A stretch of 59,397 nt of DNA, filler included, from Sphacelaria rigidula (Eukaryota), in the NCBI GenBank assembly GCA_964200075.2. It is 4 parts of 4 records of this genome, joined end to end, with 100 filler letters (N's around TTAATTAATTAA, not from the genome) between each part and the next. Parts side by side here need not be neighbours in the genome. Positions count along the whole stretch, not along the records: positions 44,627 to 59,397 come from CAXNAA020002055.1; 3 more parts are not named here. The stretch is one strand, 5' to 3'. Positions 48,601-59,397 of the stretch are shown one piece after another; position 1 is the first letter of the stretch; each line of letters starts with the position of its first letter. The position numbers and the translations under genes are program-made. The notes under the pieces are model-generated. The model had not been told where the DNA came from, did not search any database, and saw only the letters and a program-made list of their open reading frames with translations.

Positions 48601-51600
48601 TCCTCGTTGCTCGCCAAGTGCTTCAGCGTCGCCGGTGACAGCTTGAATGCATCGGCTCGACTGACCGAATAGCTACCGCCACTGCTACTCTGGATGCTTC
48701 CCCTCCTTTTGAGCTGTTCGTGAGCATGTGGCGGTGTGCTGCTTGAGCTAACAAATATCCACAGGTGCGTTCACGGGGAGGGGATGGGAGTGTTTGAAAT
48801 GCTTCGCGAGTGTGACGATCCATGAATAATGTCGTATAACTCACCCGGCCAGAATGTCCACCACCGAGTAACGTGTGTAACTCACTCACAGATCAGAACA
48901 TGCACCGACGACTCGTGTTACAAAGACTCACAGGTGAATTACAGGGGGGAAAGTTACCTCAAGCTAACCTGAGTTGTCCCACATATGAAATTCTTTCAAA
49001 TGTCATGGTAAAAGCGGGGAGTGGCACACGTATCACTTTCGCCCCCCCCCTTCCCTTCCCTCGCCGCACTTACTCCTTTTGGCCGTACCAAAATATTCGA
49101 GACATTGCCGGACAACGCTAACAGAGCGGAATGAGGGGTGGCTCCCGCAAGCCGCTGAATTATCAGCTGCGGACGTCCTTCGACATACACACATGACTCA
49201 TCGTATCAACTGACGTTTTTTTTCACAGTCCATTTTCTTCAGATTATTTAGGATGCGGCGCGGTCTCCATCCAGGCAACATCAGAACCTCAGTCGCCGCG
49301 GGGAAAAAAATACGAAATTCGTGCTTTGGCTTGCCGCTTTGACTATCATCTTTTTTAACCCCAACATTCCGATGCATTATATTCTTATATTTATGAAATC
49401 ACTTCCCCACAATTAAATAGCCTGTGTTGTTGTTCGTGTACGTACCGCATAGATGATGAGACTCTTCACCACATACGTGATATACACCTCCCCCTCCCCC
49501 CCTTGAAGAGAAAAAAAGTTTCAAACCTCGCAACCGCATTCAAAATCCCACTCAGCCATGATCAGACAGCGCACGAACAATGTTCAAGGTGCTCGATCAG
49601 GGTAGCACCCCACCAACATTTAGCTGTTTCTTCGCACACCTTGGGCCTCGGCTCAATGGTGGGCTTTGTAGATTACCGCCACCGGCGACACCACCCCCGT
49701 TCCGCCAGCTGCTATCACTGAGAGTCGACCCTCGTCTGCTCGGAGGTTCGGCGGAAGCGCCCTCGCCCTCCTCTGCACTACCAAACCCTGACATGTCTAC
49801 CGCGTATCCATCTACGGGCTCCCATCGACCACTCTGTCATTAGGTACGGCGAGAAGAGAAAGACGGTATTAAAAATGATGGAAATGGACCGGGAGGGGGA
49901 AAGGGGTGTGTGCTCATGATCTTGCATGCCATAGTCAGGGAGCGAGAGGGGGGGGGGCGTACTCATTTGTTGCTTGCCTTAGTCGTTTGACCATTGACCA
50001 CGCATCCCTTTCGAGACGGAGACGGAGCCAGGGGGGCATAGTAATTTATTTCTTGCCCTTAATAGAATCATTAGGTACCCATTTAGGTACGGTTTAGTAA
50101 ACCAATCAACCCCCCCCCCCCTCAACTTCCGGGTATGTACCCTACAGAACACAACCTGGGGATCTTCCACCGAAACTGGCTACTAAAGTACCATTTTAAT
50201 TTAGACCACCGGGAGCGCGGCGGCACTACGATTGTCGTCGCAATGCTCCCTTCTCTCACCTTAGGGTTCAGCCATGCCGTGGGAACGTACACGGGCGCGT
50301 ATTCTGCCTTGCTGATAGTCTGATACCCCCGGCTTCTTCGCCGTCGCCTGCTAGGGCCCAAGAAAGCAAAACACACACATACACACACAACGTTCATCAG
50401 TCAATTGCAGTCAGACTCGGAACACAGCCAAAACCGTCTTCCGTCTGGAAAGCGACGCAGCTACGGAAGGGGTAGACCCGATAATATACGACATAAAGGG
50501 ATCTCGTTAAGCCTTTTGGGGCCTGATTCCCACAACGGTAACCATGGGGGGGAGGACCTGGTTTGCACGCAGGGTCCATTTGTGATTCGGCATCATTTTC
50601 AGTCGTTTTCAAGTGAAAATGATGCCGATTCACAAATGGGATTTCACTCCCAGTTAGCCCACTCCGGTCCCAAAAAAGGCTTAACGGGGCAATACGAACC
50701 GAACCGTTTCAGATTTTTTTCAAAATTGATTCTGAATAAAAGAAAAAAAATCCTGACGTCTCCGAAACAAAATTTCCCGTTTGGGGGCCCCATCCCAAAC
50801 CGCGTTAAATGCGTTCCGAAACTAAAAAATCTGCCCCACCCCAAAAAATTAACAGCGAGAAACAGTCTCAGTGCTAAACGAATATGCTGCGACCGGAAAT
50901 ACTTGCAATGGGTTTACTCTTCCCGCATACATGTTTCTTCTATTGCAACTATTCATCATCATATATATATATATATATATTGTTCTGGGTTTGATATATC
51001 GCCTGACCTGGTTGCGACATCTGCTCTCACATTTTTCACCCAACCGTTTCCCCCTAAAAAATTGGAGAACAGACCCGTTAGTAAGACCCCTGAGCGCACC
51101 ACACGCCTGCGCAAGATATTCCGGCGAAGTACGTGTGTGCCAGATCATCACCGACACACTAATGCTGCACAAAAACACACAAAGCGGGTCTAGTAAAATC
51201 ATATACAAGCCATCGAGTTGGAAAGCCGGGCGCCTCCTCCTGAAGTTCGAATGGCCACCAGCGGCACCGGATCTTCTGAGGTCAGGCATATGTATTTCCT
51301 TTCTTCTTTACTATTTATTCCTGTTTTGCTTGTATCGCATTTTGTGAGTTTGAATCTAGGTTCATTTTGGTCTTTCGGGTTTGTTTGATTTCTCCATACC
51401 TTGTGACAGGTAGCTAGCCTGTGACCACGGAAGGCGTCCGTATCAGATGCCCAGTACGAATGTACCGCGCATATATCGGAACGGTTTTTAATGTGAAGAC
51501 AACAACAACAACAACAACAAGCCATCAATTCAAAACGCTGAGCCGGCGACCTACGGCCCAGCATATAACCACTTCGGGTGACACTAACGCACGGTACACG

Positions 51601-54481
51601 TCAAGTTGACTCCATACTTTCTTCATCCCAGCAGGCAGACAACAAAAAAAGGGTACGAGTAGGAGGGCGGGAACTTTTCACACGACCGGCGTCACAAGCG
51701 TCCCGTGTTCCTGAACCTGTTCCAAAGATCGTGAGATCGTGAGATTCACGATTTTACCGTCCGATCCAATTATGTCCATGTGAAAGTTGTGTTGGAATCG
51801 TTCAAGAAAAAAAAAAAGGGTTACGCGAGACCTTCAGCCTTTACCTAATGGTGGGAACAAAACATAGTCGTATGGAACAGGGCTCGGGTTTCACGTGAAC
51901 AAAAAAAACACCAACACAACAATCGCTCATTATATCCCCTTCCTCTACCTGTACGTTTTCCTGAAGGACGACCGCTTCCTCTCTCTCGTGCTCTTCTCCC
52001 CGGCCACAACCCCCCCTCCGCCGCCTCCGCTCCCTGCACCACCTTCATCTCCTCCATCGGCACCCGCCTCGTCACTGTCATCATTCAGCGCATCCCGTCC
52101 GCTCACGCCGCTTGCGGCCAGCACCATATCAGACGTGACCTCCACAGGTATTCGCTTCACGGACGGACCGTAGACCGTGCTGCGCGCCGGCGGGGGGCTC
52201 GGGTGGCGAACGGCGCTGCCCGTTGTCGCGCCGAGAAGCGCTCCCGACCTCCCCGCACCCGCAGAATTCGTACGACCCGGCAGCGAGTGGTAAAAAGCTG
52301 ATGTCGGCCGAGCGTCGCCTCTTCGGTCATGCTGGTGGCTTCCGTGGAGACGGCGGGATTTTGTCGGCGAGCGGGGTCCAGGAGAAGAGGAGGAGTCAGC
52401 TGTCTGTGACGTTAACGAGTCGCGGGTCGGTTCTTTCGTCACCAATGATGACGGCAGGGGAGAAGATGCCGGAGACACACTTGCTGAGCGGTGCGCCGCC
52501 ACTGCGGCGGTCGATCTCGACGGGGAGGTTGAATGATGACCTGGGGATCCGAGTGGCAGGCTTGCTCCGGAGCCCTGTCATTGTAAGGTGAGCATGGATG
52601 GAGGGTGGGGGACCGGGGGAAAGATATGTGTCAGTGTGTGGGTGTCGATAGTATCTTCTGAACGCTACAGCAGGTTGGGTGTTGATTGATAGATGGATAG
52701 GTAAAATGATTATCGCCCATTATCTTGCAGTTGGATGACAGCCTACGAGAAGTTGCTTCGTTTTCCGGTATTGCCACTTCCACAGATAGCCACGGCTTAT
52801 ACGCTGCCTCATGGGTGTCTCACCATTCAAACACTGCGTAGTACGATCATCTCCTTTTCACGGAGTTGAGGTTCTCCCACCCCGCACAAAATAATCTAGC
52901 TCGTTAACCATCATGGTTACCGCAAAAAGCAACCGCGAGCGCGCAAAAAAGTCGGTAACCTGGCTGCCTAGCTTATGCAGTGAGTGGCGTGTTTTACAGC
53001 GTCATCGCCAACCCACACAAACCTCGTAGGGAGGTCCGCCCCTACGAAGCCGGGACGAAGCACGCCGGGTTTTCGCAGGACCAGGCTAATGCGGGGTAGG
53101 GGACCGGTGGAACGATATGTGTCAAGTGAGTGTCGACAGTATCTTCTGGAAGTGACAGCAGGTTGGGTGTTGACTGATAGATTGACTAACGCACATAAAC
53201 TCAACCCCGAGGGATCCAACAGTTCTATAGTCATCATCCACAAGATACACTACACACCGTCTTTTCGTTCCTTGCTATTAAAACACGCGGTACGGTGCTT
53301 ACTTCGGAGGGAGAGCGAGAGAGCAGCAGAAGAGCGAGAGAGCGAACTCTACACGTGACGGCAGTTACCAATAGAAAGAGCAGGACAAGCAACAGTCAGA
53401 AAAGTCGCAATGAGCATGATGCAACGGCTGCATAAATACAGCGGCCACGTACACACACACGCACACACGCACACGCACACGCACACACACACACACACAC
53501 ACGAGATTCGACTTTCACACATACATACAAATACACGCACACAAACACAAGCACACACTTACACACACAACGGTTCCAAACATCCATCCGTGATGCCAAC
53601 ACACAGTGCGAGAGTCACCCAGACAACGAACGGTTCTGAACATCTGCCCCTCACCTCATGGCCTTCGCGCTCTCGGTTCTCGCCACCGTATCCATCTAGC
53701 TCCGGGTGACCCCACATCGACCCCCCCCCTCCGGTCTTGGGCGTCAGACACAGGCCGCCAACGAAATCCGCACCCCAATCATCCACAGTGTCGTCCTCGG
53801 TGGACTGCCCAAAACAGTTGCGGGTGCAAAAAAAAAAAAGTCGGCAATCGAGACCGAGGATGGTTTCAATAAGCACAGGTTTTACCGTACTATGAAATAT
53901 TTCGAACGTCAGCTCAACACCTCTTCCCTCGGAACATGTCCCATCCTTCAAAACAAAACAGAACTCAACCCCACGAAAACATATTTTTGGCGATCCATCC
54001 CTAGGTGCGGTATCGACTTCTCTCGCGGCAGAGTGTAGAGTTAGTGCCCACTACATTCGCGGCTGCCAAACTCGTTGCGGGCGAGGCGATGGAGGGGTAC
54101 ACAATTGATGCAGGCGGCTAGAAAACCGAAGAATGATCATGAAACCCAAAAATTCCACGCTTGAAACGAGAGTGGTTCCCCCGCCGAACACTTGTACGTG
54201 TCGTCACTTTGATAAAAGCGCCACTCAAGCATGACGAACTAGTTATTAATAGAGGTAAAACATACTCGTCTACATCCGCAATGGCCCTGGCGGCAGTCAT
54301 TCACCTTGGTCAAGTGGGACGTGCTGGCGTGCTGGTCGCCTTCCCAGCTGTCCGGAGCCGCCGCCTGATTGAAAAACAGAATCGTAGAAGTTGGGGGTAA
54401 GAGCGGGCACCACCACACTACAGGGTCGGGTGGAATATCAACGTCATACTGCGCGGTTGCCTTTGCCATTACCGGTAAGAC

Positions 54482-54521
<40 letters not shown>

Positions 54522-57500
54522 TGGACGCGGACGTCGTACGCCTATGTCTCCCCATGAGCAATGCATACTTCACCTCGAGAAGATTCGCATGACGCCGATA
54601 ACCCAACACGTCGGATAGACAAAACGTTCGGACGCATTTTTTACACATACGGTCGACTTCTTCAGTCGCCATGGAAGTGTCACGTCACGACTTACGTCTC
54701 TCATCGGCCCCGGGAATATGCTCCTTGACACCATGTTATGCAGCCCGCTGCGCATTCCCACTCCGCCGTCCCCCGCGGCCCCAAAATCGGCCGCCTGGCT
54801 CTCTCTCGAACTCACATCCCCCGACGGCGGTCCTGTGGAAGGATGTTGCGGTGTCGGCGCCACAGTAGACGGACCATCACCCCACCCTCCTCCTGCCACT
54901 ACCCCCAGCATGGACATATCGAGGGCTGAGGGGGTAAACAGCACCGGTCCCGTTGACGGTCGTCTTGCCAACATTGCCCTTAGCCCGCCACCCCCCCCGC
55001 CTCCGCTTCCGCTGCCGCCACCAGATGCACTTTTACCAACCATCGGCAGACCCGCGGTGTCCGTGGCGCCGCCTCCGCCGACGGAGGCGGCTGCAGTGGC
55101 CACTTTCGATCGCGGCTCTACCGCGCGAAATACTAGACCGTTGTCCTCGGTAACGGGCTCGAGCTGGCGGGAGCCGCCGAGGGCCGCGGCGGCTGCCGCA
55201 GCGGCGGTTGGGCCTGGCGCGTGAACCAGGAGCGATGCGCATGTGGTGGCGGAGGCCGCAGAGGCGGCTTTAATTGCCGCTGTCGGGCTTCCGAAGTTTC
55301 GGTCCCAATCGCTTATCTGAGGTGGAGATGAGGGTTACGAGAGGAAGAGAAGGAGCAAAGGGACATGATGCATGCGATACACATCGGGGCGGCGGCTGGG
55401 TGGGGATCGTCCTCTCAACATGTTTATGGCCCCGATGCCAAGACTGAGCAAGCACACCTGGGCGATAGCAGAGAAAAAACAACGGCCTGCGGCATATCTT
55501 GAGACATGCAATGCGAATTGGTAGGTGCCGCAGAAAGCCGTTGAGCATCGAAGGTGCCACAATATCAATACACATCAACACGTTGCAACAATAGCACCAA
55601 CCACAACATTCTACTGCTCACCTCGCTCGCAGTAGTGTCAAAGCTGCCGCCCCGCTGGACGTGGGGCTGCGGCGGCGTCAAATTCCTAGACTTGTCTTCC
55701 TCCACGCCGCTACTTCCAGCTGCCGCAGTACCACCAACCCCGCTCTGCACCCCAACCCCTCCCGACCGCAATAGTTCCCTGGGCGGGGGCAAGTATTCCT
55801 GGGTCATTCTTTCCCCTTGGATGCACACGGGCTGAGCGACCGATCCGGGTTCCTTAACGGCCATTTCCTCAACAGTCTCTTTCCCGACGGCCGTACCCTG
55901 GGCTCCAACGTCCCACTCAACCTCATGGTCAACACCTGCAACAACAGCAACAGCCTGGCCGGATCCACCGTCACCGGGAGCCACCTCCTCAAGATCCGCG
56001 CCCCGTGTGTCTTCCACAGCAAGGGCCGCGGCGGCGGTTTTAGTTGGAGAAAACGCCGCGAAAGACCGTGCTATTGTACCTACAATTCCATTCTTATGTT
56101 GTCTCCCTGCAGACACAGCAGCAGGAGCAGCCGTAGCAGCACCAGCGTCGACCGTCGCTCCCGGCGATACTCCCTCCAATCCCACCGCCGCCAAAGAAGA
56201 CGTCCCGAAACCACTGTCTTCGCTACTGTCTCTGGCATGCATGCTTACCGACGACGACACGCGTGACGACCGCTCGATGTCGCTTCTCTGGGCATGATCC
56301 TCTTGCAACAACAACAGCTCTTCCTTCTGCCCCACAAGGTTAACGCCATCACCGACACCCTCCTTCGCAAGGACTGCACCACTTTCCCCTGCGGCAACAA
56401 ACTTCCCATTCCCGGGACTCACCGCCGCCGCCGTCGCTACCTCTGTCGCCGGAGGCGACGAGACGTCTACCTCGCCTCGCAAGCTGCCGCTACCGTTATC
56501 GCTGCCGACCGTCGGTAAGCCCGGCAACGTCTCGTTGTGTGACGAATTGGAAGAAGAGGAGTCTTCCCCATGTGATACCACCAGGTGGGCATTGGGAGGA
56601 GGTAGCTTGCTGTGCGATTGGCGGCGATCATGGATCACAAAGCTTTTAGATCCGGAACTCGAGAGTAACCGCGGTGCGGGCTCGGGCGGCGTGAGCTCGG
56701 AGTCTTCTGGCGGCTCCGGCTTCACCTCGCGGCCAAGCCCTGTCCCTGCATCTTTTGGCCCTTTTTGTTCGTCGTCGCTATCGCTATCGCTATCGAAGCC
56801 AGTGAGATCAGGCTCTTCGAAGCCCTGCAGCAGGGACAAGCGCGGTACAGTACGACGGGGGATGTGGAAGGTCAGCTGGGAGACAGCGTCCGCGTCGTTT
56901 TTGTCGCGACTTTCCCCCCACTGTTTTTTTCCCACGTCTGACCAACACGCCCGCGCACCGCAACATGGTTGTTGATGTGGCGCCAGAGAGCCGGGCGAGA
57001 TACACAAGCTACGTCTTGGAATACTGTTGGCAACATGACGAAAACAGATCACCTACTGAAGCAACGGTCAGACACAAATAGGGTCGACTGTCCCCAGCTC
57101 ATCGTGGTAAAGACCAACGAGGCACAAATCTGAAACTGAAAAAAGAATTCACTTACCTCCCAGCACATCTTTTCCGCATTAAAGTGGGCACCGGTTGCGG
57201 CTGCTGCCGCTGCTGCCGCACCGGATGTAGGGCTCTTCCCGGCCCATACGTCCTTCAAGCCCTCGCCTTCCATGCTGATGGGTTGGCCCGGAGGCGCCTG
57301 GCAAGCGATCAGAGGAGATTTCCACACAAGCAAATCAACGATCAAAACGCCCAACAATAACACCAGAATTGCGCGTGTGCTGACCCCCTTCCTGCGGGAT
57401 GCCATACGATGGCGGGCCCTTGAATGTCTGTCCTTTCAGTGCAGTACACCCCAATGGAGCTGTTACCTGCTGCACGGTCATGCACTGTCCAGGATGTGAG

Positions 57501-59267
57501 GAGACGACCAATCGACAACAAAGCCGGTACTTCGCCCCGTGAACCGAAAATCTTAGTCTGATGTCAGTACGTTTATTTTCTGCGACCACAGGAAAGAATC
57601 AGACGACGATAACGTCACCCACAGTTTCCGTGCTCCACCCCTTCAACCACAGGTCGTTTCAAGCTCCTTTCAAGGCGCGACCACTCGCAGCAGAGAAGTC
57701 ATTATCCAACCACCACAGTGTGGCATCTAAGTGTACTCCGTGGTACCATCCTCGGGCACCTAATCGTCGTAGCCTGTCCTAAGCTCCGCTACGTACTCAC
57801 CTTCAGGTCCTCCAGCGTTATCTGCAAAGGTCCGGACAACCGTCGCCCGTTACTCGAGACCCCTTTCTCAAGCAGCAACCGATGCCTGCTTCGCTTGCGC
57901 AAGTGCTCCACGGCAAGGCTCGTCGCCGCCGCCGCCGCCTTGATCGTGTTCGTCAGCGCATCGCCCACATGCCCCCCGCCGCCCCCCGCCGCAGCACTGT
58001 GCGCCTTGAAGGCTTCCCATGCCACCGTAACAGCCGAAACCTGAGAGTTATCTCCGCTTACTGAGTGTCCCACGCCTGCACCTCCGCCGCTATTGAAGGG
58101 AGTACCGTCACTATGATCTGTCCCGGTTCCCGAGGGAAAGGATACGGCCAAGGGCTTCGTGCCAGGGGCGGGTAGGAAAGCCATGCCGTTAGGCGACGAG
58201 TTGGCACCTTGTCGGCTGACAATGGCGGCTGCGGGCGGCGTCGGTGCTATGTCCAGCGGCGAGCGTGGTCGTTGCGCCTTGGATATGTCAATATCGTCTG
58301 TCCAGAGTGTTATCAGTGGCGGAAGCGTGGGTCACAAATGCAGGAGTTCGGCAGATGGTGCAACAGATGTTGGTAACCGATGTGTTAGGGGCGAAATGTT
58401 CCCAAGGGGACGTGCTCATTTTTTGTTTCCCTCAGTCGTTTGACCATTGACCACGCATCCCTTTCGAGACGGAGCAAGGGGGCGGGGGGTTGGGGGGATG
58501 GTCATCATGAGTTTAAACACAAAATGAAGCACAGCCAGAGGGGATTTCAGGCTTGTTTCAACTAGGAATCCACTAGCATTGACGCCAGGCGCAATTGCCG
58601 TGAAGCGTATGTATCCCGAAACATCTTGAACGCCCGGTCGAATGTTACGTGCAATCAAGGTATATTCAAGACAGCAGCCGGCATAAACCTGACCCTAAAA
58701 CAAACCAAAAACATCTCATGATATGGTTCGATCTCCAGCACACATATTTAAACCCGAAAACGAAACAAACAAACAAACAAACACACACATACGCACACGC
58801 ACAATTTTTCCACAGCAAAACACAACACTACTACCTTCAAAAGTCTGACTCCAATCCGCAGTCGAGCCAATCGATTCGAACCGATAATCCGTCAACGTCT
58901 CGTTCCGCTGATGCCGTGGCGCCTTCCCACTTCCTCCGTCACTCCCGCTCCTACCCGACCATTGCACGAACGCTCCGGATCCCGTCCCCACCCCACAGTC
59001 ACCGTCCAGACTCCCTGCCGCGACCGGTGCGGTTCTATTGCGGAACAATCCCGGACCGGATGGTGGAAGCCAATCCAGACCATTGGTCCTTAGCGTGGTC
59101 CTGTTGGCGTTGTCGGCGTGATAGGTGACCGACCGGAGGGAGCCCGGCGACGGCAGGCCGGTGCCACCGCTGACGATCTTGAAGCCTGGGCTATATCCGA
59201 ATTTGGTTGGCTTCTCAAGCGTCAGCGTGAAGTCCTGATTTTCGGGGACTGCTTCGAAGTCCTCGTC
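45627..59267 (-). CDS. Large, mostly intrinsically disordered hypothetical protein (partial, ~1980 aa) with repeated DWxxxF motifs
   Basis: 12 GT-AG exons in consistent phase: 59267-58835, 58297-57801, 57297-57157, 56824-55622, 55316-54696, 54364-54305, 53804-53655, 52574-51949, 50347-50260, 49833-49640, 48747-48561, 47369-45627. Possible cassette exon 51275-51207 and possible terminal exon 44683-44639. The start lies off the contig. Confidence 0.8.
47490..47630 (+). mobile_element. SINE family B body fragment
   Basis: CCAGTCCGCGAGAGCAAAATGCAAGCCGTGTACCGGGGAGAGAT...CCCTTGAGATCACG matches the other family-B copies. Confidence 0.6.
47632..47774. mobile_element. Fold-back MITE, CACACCCTGGACAA-terminal family, intronic
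   Basis: CACACCCTGGACAA...AAAAAATGTACTGCGTAC / GTACGCAGTACATTTTTT...TTGTCTAGGGTGTG. Confidence 0.7.
49948..50020 (-). mobile_element. 5'-truncated LINE 3' end (same family as 3731-8700) with poly-C tail
   Basis: G-run followed by CGTACTCATTTGTTGCTTGCCTTAGTCGTTTGACCATTGACCACGCATCCCTTTCGAGACG, nearly identical to 3745-3804. Confidence 0.8.
52730..53090 (-). mobile_element. Repeat family C (LINE-like fragment)
   Basis: Reverse complement of the 45150-45490 and 29449-29550 sequence. Confidence 0.7.
53451..53502. repeat. (CA)n/(CACACG)n microsatellite
   Basis: Read directly from the sequence. Confidence 0.85.
54485..54519. repeat. (GA)n microsatellite
   Basis: Read directly from the sequence. 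Confidence 0.9.
58406..58472 (-). mobile_element. 5'-truncated LINE 3' end (same family as 3731-8700)
   Basis: GCTCATTTTTTGTTTCCCTCAGTCGTTTGACCATTGACCACGCATCCCTTTCGAGACGG. Confidence 0.75.
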
Positions 59268-59309
59268 CTGGCAAGAAGAAAGAACGGTTGAGAGGATACG
59301 TAGCGCGCG

Positions 59310-59347
<38 letters not shown>

Positions 59348-59397
59348 GTGGTTTGGTGGGGGTGGTGGTGGTGTCGCGGGAGCGCGCGGTGGGGAGG

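Noticed and set aside
50405..51347. Long plus-strand ORFs 50405-51193 and 50871-51347
   Set aside because: They run through repeat-like sequence and a (TA)n tract inside an intron, with no protein-like composition.

Overview
Eukaryotic, intron-rich sequence that looks like a brown alga (Ectocarpales-like stramenopile; inferred from gene content and repeat types). It is not one locus. It is four unrelated contigs of 14778, 14774, 14774 and 14771 bp joined by artificial N44-TTAATTAATTAA-N44 linkers. Contig 1 holds an isolated LRR N-cap exon and a degenerate LINE carrying two nested solo LTRs and a MITE. Contig 2 holds 14 phase-consistent exons from the C-terminal part of an unconventional myosin (end of motor, no clear IQ, helical/SAH tail, PH domain). 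Contig 3 holds a tafazzin-like acyltransferase, a TIR element with an internal ~42-bp hairpin tandem array, and a low-complexity hypothetical gene. Contig 4 holds a large (~2000 aa, partial) mostly disordered protein with repeated DWxxxF motifs and a motif reminiscent of Byr4/Bfa1. Introns carry tRNA-derived SINEs, MITEs and LINE 3' ends with C-rich tails. The most unusual items are an apparent 5S rRNA + tRNA-SINE composite insertion, the poly(C)-tailed retroposon ends, the IQ-less SAH/PH myosin and the Byr4-like protein. No prokaryote-type system (CRISPR, operon) is supported.
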